Below, in pieces: positions 10,435-20,000 of a stretch of DNA of 20,000 bases. A model generated the notes under the pieces. It had not been told where the DNA came from. It saw only the letters and a program-made list of their open reading frames with translations, and searched no databases. The position numbers and the translations under genes were made by a program. Numbering within the stretch: the stretch's first letter is position 1; every line of letters starts with the position of its first letter. The DNA is from Ancylonema sp. Its lineage: Eukaryota. The stretch is taken from assembly GCA_050230475.1 (NCBI GenBank), contig JBFLGF010000047.1, positions 51,478-71,477 of the forward strand. The letters run 5' to 3'.

Positions 10435-10686
10435 GTCGATTTTTTGGATCTGGTTGCTTGGAGGCTGCGAGTTCGAGGAAATTTATCCCACCGGCTTTTT
10501 CATTTCCCTCTCCTCGGGCGCATCGAAATTTCCGACTGGTCGCTTTTGGTTTTCGGGAACCTCCACTGATTTGAAACCTGTACCGGATAGAACCTCCACC
10601 GGCTTGGAAGGGGTGGGTTCTCCACCAGATGGCACCTCCCCCTCCAGTTTGGGAGGGCTTTCCCGAAGCCCCTCGTACTCCTTGAC
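10435..10686 (-). CDS. Putative exon (VKEYEGLRESPPKLEGEVP...EREMKKPVG*...QKID)
   Basis: Acceptor ctctcag|GTC; donors at 10492 (CCG|GTGGGA) or 10435 (GAC|GTAGGG), both phase 0; acidic/Pro-rich peptide with recurring KPVE-like units. Confidence 0.5.
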
Positions 10687-10890
10687 CTGAGAGTGCTCTC
10701 AAATCGGTGATCAGTAAGTTTGAAGAATAGAGGTAAAGGTTAAAAACCAAAGGTAAACGAATGAACTCGAGTGGAATGAAGTCGGGTGGAAGGGTATTGT
10801 GCTTGAAAGGTGGGAACCGACCAAGTAAAACGCATTTATTTTCTGTGATTTTGGAACACCGATTATTGAGAAAAGGCTCATCGCTCGTAC

Positions 10891-11082
10891 GGTAGGAGAT
10901 GCACCCCTCCCCTATTCGTTTTGGAGTTTGGTCGATTTCCCACTCTTATCTTGCCCCCGCTTTGCCCTCCCAGGGCCCAAAAGACTTGCCATAGGCCTCT
11001 TGGGTGATTCTCGTACTTGAACGCATGATGGTTTCGGAAGCCGACTCCGTAGCCCTTGGTAGAGAACAACGGCGGGAGGGAT
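10891..11082 (-). CDS. Putative exon after MATH (IPPAVVLYQGLRSRLPK...KLQNE*), TAG at 10914-10912
   Basis: Acceptor ccatgtag|ATC matches the phase-0 donor at 11296; a phase-0 donor ACC|GTACGA lies downstream; 192 nt. Confidence 0.5.
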
Positions 11083-11295
11083 CTACATGGATAGTAGAGA
11101 CTGTCAATAACTGTCATAGAGCAACAAAAAAAAAAACACAGAATCCACAAATTCATCCTCCGGTTTGAAAGAGATAAATAAGAAACAAGAAAGAAGAAAG
11201 AAGATAAGACTCTGGTCTAATGCCCAAAACATCCAAGTGTAATCCCCAAGAGACAGGTGCGTGTTCACTTATGGACCCGTTCACACGACACGTAC

Positions 11296-12499
11296 CATAG
11301 CACAGATGTTGAGAATGATGCCCTTATCGGGTGACAAGTATCCCTCGCCCTCGATTATGTTTTCCATCGAAACAATCTCCTCAAACCGAAAAACGTCGTT
11401 GCGATCGTTGTGGATGGCGGCTTCAGAGCAACAGGATGTACGGAAATATTTTAGAAACTGATACTCTATTCAACTCGTACGGGCACAGTTACTACACTTC
11501 TAAAAGGCCCGGTCGTTATCTGCTGGTGGTTTTTAATTTGGTCGGAATTTCTGCCCCAGATAATACAAATGTTTGTATCATATCAAAGAAGATTGAGCGA
11601 GTTGGAGACTGCTGGTATCAAGATTCGATGTCGGAACATTTGTTATCGGATTTTCAGAGTAAGGATGACACAAGATACTGGTCACAAAGTCTCTCACAAA
11701 ACTCCGTGGGAAAACGAATAAGAAAAATAAAACCCAACCTCAACGTTGCACCAATTTACCTTCCACGATGGGGTCATCCGACTTCTGAATGGTTTGCAGC
11801 TTAATGACGTAGTCCACCTCCTTGCTCCATGAGTAGTTTTTTGTACTGGCCTTTTTGAGGTAGGCATAGAGGTATTGCACAGGATGTCCGCGAACGTGAA
11901 GACAAACCGACCTGCAACCACGGTATAACATACGAAGGTTTAAGAAAACAGCCTTGTATCGTTGCATGACTGGGTGGCGATGTAGCCCAGGTGACATTTT
12001 CTTCAAAATATGCCTTCTTGTATTTCGTGACGCGGAGTTCATCAATGCGTCTTTGACGTTCCAGACTCTTCATGTTCTCCTCCAAAACTGTATATAAAAT
12101 ATTGATGGGCGGGAAGAACAGACACTGAAGTTCAGACTGCAGCCGTGTATGAAAGGATGCGAGACGTGCCACGGTGAATGTATCATAGAAAGAACTCCTG
12201 ACATACGGTACACGGAAGAACCTTCGTAAAACACCTTACGGTCTCAACACTAAAGGACCTTACCATTTCTCGTTGAGGAACTGGAATGCGTCGGAATCGA
12301 TGCAGCGACACTCTGAACTTCTGCGTTCGAGTTCTGAAATACTCCATCGACACATTTCGATCTCGCACATGTCAATGCGTTTCACTCGGGAAGGAGAATA
12401 CTCCTTCGCGTCTACGGGCTCACGGGTTGCTGCTCCCCAAGGTCTATCCCAGCCACGATCACTGATCTGCTGGCCTGTGCCTCGTCTGTTGAAGGTCAT
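11296..12499 (-). CDS. Divergent MATH/TRAF domain encoded by three exons (12499/12576-12264, 11911-11760, 11420-11296)
   Basis: Spliced peptide: CRWSISELERRSSECRCIDSDAFQFLNEKW|SVCLHVRGHPVQYLYAYLKKASTKNYSWSKEVDYVIKLQTIQKSDDPIVE|AAIHNDRNDVFRFEEIVSMENIIEGEGYLSPDKGIILNICAM. It follows the MATH pattern W-x-I...S-x-x-F-x4-K-W...L-x-x-Y-L...W-S...G-Y-L-x-x-D-x-x-I-I. Strong donors (TG|GTAAGG, G|GTAAAT, ATG|GTACGT) keep the frame. Recognised by eye, not by HMM. Confidence 0.72.
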
Positions 12500-14576
12500 A
12501 TCGCTCGTGTCGTCGAAGAAATTAAATTTGTTTCAGAACTGCATGGCCCCCCAGGATTCAAGCCAACGATAAAAGGCTGGGAGAAAAGCACCAAGATTGC
12601 ACATAAGCCTCCCAAGAATAAGCCATACGTATCCGTGCTCCTGTTGATATTTTTTGCAACCGCAGATGCGAGCGTTGCAGAGCAGATAAGGCTTCTTGTG
12701 GCTTCGGTGCAGCGCTGTCCTCCCATTGGTATCTCCGATTTATAGTCAGAGATACCGTACAAAAACCGTACGCTGCCACGAATTCATACGGGGAAGTTAT
12801 GTATGTGCTCTATCCAGTAGGGTGAAATCTAGACCGCGAGGGTTTACAATGTCGTGCTAAGCCTAAAAATATGAATAACAGGAGCGGGAGTAATAAGTGA
12901 ATTGATGAAACAGTGAAGGACTGAAAGAAAATTATCGTTCGTGCAGACGTCCACAGTGTCGATCTCGATACGTGATAAATGCAATTTTTACATTTTTTTC
13001 TCGCATGTATCGACAACAAAATCGTGTATTTAGCGAGTTTATGAGATATTAAGTGAAAATATTAACGAATTTGTGAATACTACACTAAACTTGAACAATG
13101 ATAACGTTTTAACATGCAAGTGAGGCTATGCCGTCAAGACTTTGGGATGCGCCATATAGAATGTGCGAACGTGTAAGCTCGTATTAGTGTTATATCATTA
13201 CGAACTCAAAAGGCTCGAAGCGTATCGATGAATCGAATGAAAGTGTACAAAGCCGATATAAGACACAAATTGGATGTGAATAAGCCACCTATTCACACAT
13301 CATATACATGGTTGGAATGAGTGACGTTACGTGGCGCAATTCAGGAAAACCTTAAATAGACTTGAAATATATTTTTTCAATCCCATCTTTCAAAATGTGG
13401 TCCTTTCAAAATGTCGAAGATCGATGACCCAAAGTAGTCACATTACGAATCAACGTTTGAGAGCAATTTTGATGCAATATTTTATTTGATTGTTTGTTTT
13501 GTTTCCGTCGTATATTTTTTTGTGTTGCGGCGGTAATGCCTAAATGTTGACATTGCATTGTAGAGTGTTTGTAAGTCGTCTCATCCCAGCCATGACATGG
13601 TGGTAGTGTCACGGGATACACATTCCACATACAGTAAAAAAAAACGTAATTTCTGATTTGTTTAATGAGATGAAATCGAGGAAATCGATGTAATCGGAAG
13701 TCGATATGTTTTGTTAACCTACTGCTTTTGTGGAGCCACGTGTTAAGTCTTAGGATCTGTTGGCCGTCAACGCTCGGTACAGGTGGAATCAAAAGAATGC
13801 ACAACATTTGTTGTCAAATTATATGTCGATTGAGATGCACTTGCATACAACATAAATATGGTTGACATCCTTGGGCACGTCACGAGAAGAACATGAAGTG
13901 CGTGCATGCGCGTGAAAAAAACTTAAAATGATGAAAACATGGGCGCATTTGTTCGTTGTGATGTATTGTCCGTAGTCAAGTTCCTTAACGGTTGCACGAG
14001 ACACATAGCGGAAGAGGCCAAGAGGGCAAGCGGATCCTGTACCGCGTTTCAAATAACACGCGTACGCGTACCCAAATTGGATTACATTGGTTATTTAAGT
14101 GACATCCTTCAATGCAGAATACCGAAAATGATTTGAGTTAGAAACAATTCTACCTTCAAAAATTTGAAATATGAAATATGAAATTTGAAACATTTTATCG
14201 AATATATCTGTGCGAGACGTTATAAGAGACCATGTGCATATTATTACCGTTTGGCTACGACTACTATCACGTGGTCTAGAAACTCAAGATCGGTGGCGAT
14301 GGCGTCTACCATATTTATAACGGCAACAATATAAGTAAGACAAAATCAAGGCATATCAACTTCATGCCATCATGATGAGTAACATTCTCCAGAATCAACG
14401 AGCAACAACGAACCTATGGTGACTAGACCGCTTGTGTACATATTATACATTTAAATGCTAATCAAACATCAGATTTCAGTGCGAGAACAACCAACCCTAT
14501 CGTGCACATCCACACACTTTTGATCTTCGATTGTTACTATACAATTTGTCGATGAACATGACCCTTGTCCCCTCAC

Positions 14577-15698
14577 TCATGCATTATTCCCTACTTGACC
14601 CTCTAAAACGAGAGACGGCTTTGCCAATGCATCAAAATCACTTTCGGACGGGAAGCGAGTATGGTTTGAACTGTTCGTGCTCAGATCTCTCCCAAGTGAC
14701 GTCGTCCCAACGTCAGGATCCACTGAATCCCCCATTCCGTTCAACCTCTTGCCTACCGTCGAATCCTTCGAAGAATCGCCGTCTCGGTTGTCGCCAACCC
14801 TCGCAAGTGGGTGCTCGTTACTCCTCGTTATAACGGACACCATGACACCCTTACTCGCCGGATCTACTCCCCCACTTCCATTCAAATCCACAATCTTGTG
14901 GATTCCGATGGGCTCACCGCTCATTCCGATGGGCTCGTCGAGAATCTCCTCGACGAGTTGCATCCCACACTCACTTCCAGCCTCGGCTCCTTGAGACGCC
15001 TTTGGACTCGCAGTCTTGCTTCTCGAAGGCAATTGAATCTCCTTATCCAACTGCTCAAACCTCCGGAAGCTTCCAAGCTCGGAGGTCGGTCGGGCGGCGA
15101 AGCTAGAGGTCTCCGTCGGAGAAGAGATGGGTACGTGGGCCAACCGTACGGCAGCACGAGCCGCCGCGGCTGCCAGGTCGGAGTAGTACGCCGCCGCACT
15201 TGCGGCCGCCTGCATATCCGGGTAGACCTCCATGGCCTGATCTACTAGCGGCATCTGCCCGTAATCCGAGGGAGATTCGGGCTCCCACGAAGATAGACGG
15301 GTGAACTGCCTGACGGGAGTTGGACGCGTAGATGTGCTAACGTCGAAGGGGTTGTTATACGGCGGGAATACTCCGTTATCCGAATCCGTACTGTCACGGC
15401 CTGCGATTCGGGGGACCGACAAATCAAGTGGTGGAATTTTGTCTCCCATTTCTGCTACTGAGGCGTGGCCATCTAGATTGGTGGCGCAAGGAAGACACGT
15501 GCGGCGCAATGTCCACGAGGTGCCACCCCCGTGCGGGCCATGAGGAATAGTGTTGCCTGACGTGACGGCCGTTGACTTCGTCGATCGACTCGTGGTCGTG
15601 GAAGGAGTAGGTCGGGGGGGAGGTGTCGTGTCAAAGGTCTGTGGTGATCCCACTACCGAACTCAAGTCCTTTCCTTGGGATGAGAACGTTTGGCCCAT
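14577..15698 (-). CDS. Uncharacterised 373-aa, largely disordered Ser/Thr/Pro-rich protein with a putative N-myristoylation start (MGQTFS) and an IST1-like Ala-rich helix
   Basis: Longest ORF in the window (1122 nt), GC-richer than its flanks, ending in TGA. YPDMQAAASAAAYYSDLAAAAARAAVRLA resembles the AAAAARAAxEL motif of plant IST1-like (DUF292) C-terminal regions (recalled from memory). Confidence 0.8.
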   Translation of the reverse strand: MGQTFSSQGKDLSSVVGSPQTFDTTPPPRPTPSTTTSRSTKSTAVTSGNTIPHGPHGGGTSWTLRRTCLPCATNLDGHASVAEMGDKIPPLDLSVPRIAGRDSTDSDNGVFPPYNNPFDVSTSTRPTPVRQFTRLSSWEPESPSDYGQMPLVDQAMEVYPDMQAAASAAAYYSDLAAAAARAAVRLAHVPISSPTETSSFAARPTSELGSFRRFEQLDKEIQLPSRSKTASPKASQGAEAGSECGMQLVEEILDEPIGMSGEPIGIHKIVDLNGSGGVDPASKGVMVSVITRSNEHPLARVGDNRDGDSSKDSTVGKRLNGMGDSVDPDVGTTSLGRDLSTNSSNHTRFPSESDFDALAKPSLVLEGQVGNNA

Positions 15699-16256
15699 TG
15701 GCAGGGGGACAAAGGACCTCCACGAGTGAATGCGCTTTCTACCAAATGTTTTCGGATGCTCGAGTCGACCTGCCGAGAAATATTGCGACGGACGTTCAAG
15801 GTGGGAAGTAATATCAGGTGACGACTGATTTTCATATTAACTATGTATGCTTCCATTGAATTCAGCCGTCAACTGTGTCACGCTCTCTTCAAGCCATTGG
15901 TGCCAAATATATTTACGGGTGAGAGATTTCTCGCTACATTCTTTGTATGTAAAAAAAAACACAGAATATGTGTTAAGGTTTAGGGGTGAGGTTCCAATGG
16001 AATTTCATCTCTGTAATATTAAAATCCCATGATATTATTATTCATGAAAACAATTGATCTCAATCTATCTAGTAAGTAATAGGATACTGGATATTCGGAA
16101 TTCTAGAAATAACCGAGTGTCCTCATTGAAATCGCTCAAGTATATGTTTGGTAGTGTAGGTTTAATTACGGTACCCCGAGTTTATCGATGTGGTAGGATG
16201 ATAGATTTTTAAATATCTATCATCTGACTTTAAATCAGTCATCATTCAGAACATAC

Positions 16257-16479
16257 CTGCCAAAGTCCACCTACTGAAGATTCTCCTTAGAACTCGTTTG
16301 AAGAAAGTGTAAGGCACAACGCCACGAAAAGATACTCCATGTCCTGGTGCACAATCCTGGTTCACAAAGGACTCACTCCTATCAGCGATGTAAATTTCAG
16401 CACCAATAACCCCCGCGCACCTTCCCTCACGCAAACAGACGGACTCAGTATCGTGAAAAAACGGAGTGGAATATCGCAT
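16257..16479 (-). other. Putative upstream exon of the 373-aa gene (5'UTR or in-frame N-terminal extension)
   Basis: Strong donor GCAG|GTATGT at 16256 and acceptor ctcggcag|GT at 15770. Splicing puts ATG 16479 in frame with ATG 15698, adding 98 codons with no stop. Confidence 0.45.
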
Positions 16480-19400
16480 CTCTACGCTAATTTCTTTCGA
16501 TAGACCTCTTTATTCCAGCACTTTCATCAATAGCGCGTAGTAGGTTGGATATTCACCCAGACGTTCTACAGACCCAGAATTTTCGGGGGGCCTTCAATTC
16601 CACGCGTCCCGCAATAATATCAGTTATTTATTCCGAGGCGTCTATGCGAACGGAACTGCGAGTTTAGTTTCATGTAAGGGAGGCCAGCTAAGACTGCGAA
16701 AGCCACAATTCAGGATAAAAATATGCCCACCTGTCGAAAAATATAGGCGAGGAGTCAGCGACCGGGATGCATGCAGTGGTGGGTCACTTCCATACTGTGG
16801 TAAATATATTTTAATATTTTTTCCGTCTCAATTCACCTTATCATAAGCGTTGGAGCCTTGGTTTTGAAACCTCAATTAGCAGCACCATAGGAATAGGTAT
16901 GCGAACGGTAGCTGCCCACTCCGCTCTGTTGGCGTTCCATTTTGTGAAGGAGAAGGCTTCGACCAGTACTATCCTACGACTTGATTGGCTCCTAAATTTA
17001 CAATGCACGTGCTTTGACTTACATGGCAACATGACCAGCCACGTGGAAATATAATTTTCTTTGAAGGACACGGTATGCAGAGCGGTGTCCACTCAAATTC
17101 CAGCGGGGAATCTACCCGACGACACGATCAAAACAATTATGAAAGTTGAAAGACGCGTCACGTCACGAGATCCCGGACCAGTTTCGAGGAAGACGTGAGT
17201 TCCTGACGTTTGAAAAAGAATATTCGCTACAGTGTCGTGTCATCACCAGGATGAGGCTGCAGATTTATGTGAAAGATCATCTGAAAGTTCAAGCGAACGG
17301 GAGACTGGTTTCTACTACTGACAACTCCTAGGAACCAATGCTACAATTACCTCGACACGGTCGCCCAGTTCTGCAGCCAATCATTCATTAGATATCATCG
17401 ACGTGGCGTTTCTCATTAAAACTTGATGACAAGAAGCGTCGAGATAGTTTGCAAGTTGCGATTTTGCGAGAACCAGTCAAAATTTTGTTCGAACAGCGTA
17501 ACGATACATCTCATAAATTCAACTCGGATGCGTGTTCGCAAAGTTGACACCCCTGGGTTTATTCGTGGTGGTGAAGGTTGTTATCCTATTCAATTGCCGT
17601 TTTTTTGTCCACATCGATCAAGACTTGTGCGTAAAAAACAACTTATCAGCTTCTCAATCATTTTCGCACGCTTTAGGTGGGGGGACTCGTGCAACATCGA
17701 ATTTGGTTATTTAAGTTACAAACAATCAACATCGACTGGGGAGGGGGGGGGATCTCAAACCCGTCAGGCAACCTTTCTTTAAACTCCTTCACTCCCTAAA
17801 AAATAATTTATTTGCAACTTATGTAGATGTACATTCACATTAAACAATACACGATAGTGTCTCATGCACAATATCAAGTCACGAAACGGAAGCCATTGCA
17901 CGAAGTAAATGTTATGCTAATTAATCAATACAAGAATGCAACCTTCGAATGGCCTCATTACTAAAAAGTCACATGTTATACAAGATGGTACATGGTAACA
18001 TACCCCAGTCATAATAAGGATCAAGCTCCTGTATTGCGACACATCCACTTTCGATGGCTCCTCATTTCCCCACCCTTACTACTTAATGCCACGTGTATTT
18101 AACATCACAAATACGTGTCAAGTTGCTCCCGGCTTAGCATTTCATGTGTTCTATTGTTGCCATAGCAACATCGAAAAGCGTCGACGCTCTAACAACAACT
18201 CACAATGCATGAAACTTTCGACATGTTTCAAAACGGATATTTAGGCTTGTAGACGGGCTACACAAACATCCATCCTCCAAAAATGCAAGGCAAACATCGA
18301 TACGGATTCGTGGTCTTTTCTATCCACTTCAGCATCACGCAATCCTTTTAAATAGTCAACTTTACTTTCTTTGTTCACATCACCGCCGATATCAAACGCA
18401 CTTCAGAAAGTACACCACGCAACTCACATCGCCTTTCGATGATCCTTGTTCAAGTGGAACCTGATCAAATAGTGTAAGGTATGTGGTGGAATAGGTAGCT
18501 CATAAGTGATGTTAGTGGAGAATCATTATCCCCCACAACTCACATATCCTTTGCGTTTTTGCCTTCTAGCACTTTATGCGAATCTCGAGATCAAATAACC
18601 TCCGATTCCCATTGCACCCGTTCATATTTGCCACATAGTTTATCTCATAATATCTCCTTTTCTCAACGAATCCATTATTTCGCTTATCCAACTTCTTAGT
18701 ACCACACCAATAGAGACCTAGGGAAGAGATTGCACGCAACGATCTTTTTTTGTTGAAAAGGACTAGGGTTCCACCGTAAAAAAATGGTATGGCTACCAAT
18801 GAGCGTATCACTAAACTCAACAACCATTTCATGTCACAACAGTGACAAGCTAAAAATATTGCGACGTATCAAAATACTATTCCGCCATATCGATGACTCG
18901 TCGTATTTCTTACAATTCATCAACGCGTATCGTGAATATCGGAGAAACGTCCCAGCTAAGCGTCCCACTTGCAACACTTCACAAATCAATTTTCCAATAG
19001 CCCGAGCCACGTCGATTAGTGTCGGCGCTCAAATCCTACAAATTAGCATACGATTTAAAACTTTAGACATCTTCGTGAATCGATACGCATTTTTTTTTAT
19101 TTGCAGCAACTTTATTTTCAAATTTGAAGCCGGGATTCGTGCCAAGCTCAATAAAATTTAGGTTGACCACGAGGCTGGTTGGCGTAGTAGCATCCCGGGC
19201 GCCGATTGGTGTACCTCACATATTAGTAATTCGAATCGAAGTCTTCAACGAACCCGAGAACCTTATTACCACCATTTACACGTATTAAGGATTGTAAGGA
19301 TTTTGTAGGGAGCGGCACATGGCTGCAAAGACGCGCGCGAATTAAAGAGAAGTTAAACGGATGTGTGAAAAATATCCGCTAATAATATGAACACCCTCAT

Positions 19401-20000
19401 ACGACGTTTCATGTGAAAAGTGTGTCAAAGTAAGGAAAAGAAAATGTTTATACGTCTTCCAAACAATCTACCTTCAGCTGACGCCATCAGCGGGATGGTA
19501 ACGGGGTATGTTGACATTGCAACAATCCTCCAAACAAACGCGACAAAAAGAGATTTTAAGACCCTCAAATAAAAATATTCGTTGGTCGAAATAAAGCTAG
19601 CAGGAATTTTGTTGGCTGGAATACCATTGAGCCTTAGTGTGCGTTACTTTCGCTGCGCACATTGGCAACCATTGCAGTTCCTTGTTTTAAGTAGTAGTTA
19701 AAACATTTGGAGCTATATGATGAGATGATTGATAGATGACACTCATGAAGTATGAAGAAGTTGTGCTGAGGCCCAAAGGGGTAATGTGATTTGAGGAGTT
19801 GTGATAAGATACGTTTTTAACACCAAAAGGAGTTTTGGGTGTGTGGTGTAGCTGACGTGCGGTTTGGAGTCGGTTGCTCATGATGGGTTTCTCTAGAACT
19901 CAAAGGTGTCATCAATGTAGTTGATCGTTGTAGGAGAGTATTGGATAGATGAAGTGTTGTAGGTTCGGACTTCTGAAGTCGATTGTTCGGCTTCAGAAAC

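Larger units (their letters stand above)
6744..12576 (-). pseudogene. Multi-exon MATH(TRAF)-domain gene with a long acidic/Pro-rich tail and in-frame stops (pseudogene or truncated gene)
   Basis: Phase-consistent exon chain built by hand: 12576-12264, 11911-11760, 11420-11296, 11082-10891, 10686-10435 (or ending 10492), 10062-9931, 9657-9307, 8765-8658, 7539-7381, 7273-7160, 7094-7046 (GC donor), 6892-6744. In-frame stops occur at 12535 (TGA), 10914 (TAG) and 10485 (TAA). The locus may be more than one gene. Confidence 0.55.

Noticed and set aside
10435..12576. Alternative genetic code (TAA/TAG = Gln) as an explanation for the in-frame stops
   Set aside because: The SpoU CDS and the 373-aa ORF contain many Gln codons with no in-frame TAA/TAG, and one of the internal stops is TGA.
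13389..14190. Short duplications (tttcaaaatgt x2; tgaaat(a/t) x4)
   Set aside because: These are ordinary slippage repeats in AT-rich intergenic DNA.
14531..15543. Overlapping plus-strand and alternative-frame ORFs
   Set aside because: They are shadow ORFs of the GC-rich 373-aa CDS.
19971..19998. 12-bp hairpin (ttctgaagtcga-ttgt-tcggcttcagaa) as a terminator or Helitron end
   Set aside because: The stem is real, but it sits at the window edge, no CTRR end is visible, and intrinsic terminators do not apply to plant nuclear DNA.

Overview
This is eukaryotic, plant-like (streptophyte) nuclear DNA with spliceosomal introns; there are no operons, CRISPR arrays or recognisable RNA genes. All genes I can support are on the minus strand. 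(1) A complete 4-exon SpoU/TrmH-family (SPOUT) RNA 2'-O-methyltransferase, 4120->1054, about 401 aa. (2) A ~0.95 kb non-autonomous DNA-transposon-like element with long diverged inverted ends, about 100 bp upstream of its ATG. (3) A multi-exon locus at ~12.8-6.7 kb that the ORF track does not show. It encodes a divergent MATH/TRAF domain, probably preceded by the remnant of a second one, followed by a chain of phase-0 symmetric, partly self-similar exons for an acidic/Pro-rich tail. In-frame stops suggest a pseudogene or a truncated gene. One exon holds a 15/30-bp coding repeat that also forms four perfectly phased ABRE/G-box motifs. (4) A 373-aa, largely disordered ORF (15698->14577) with an N-myristoylation-like start and an IST1-like Ala-rich helix. 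The stretch 16.5-20 kb is unassigned. All exon models were derived by hand and are untested.
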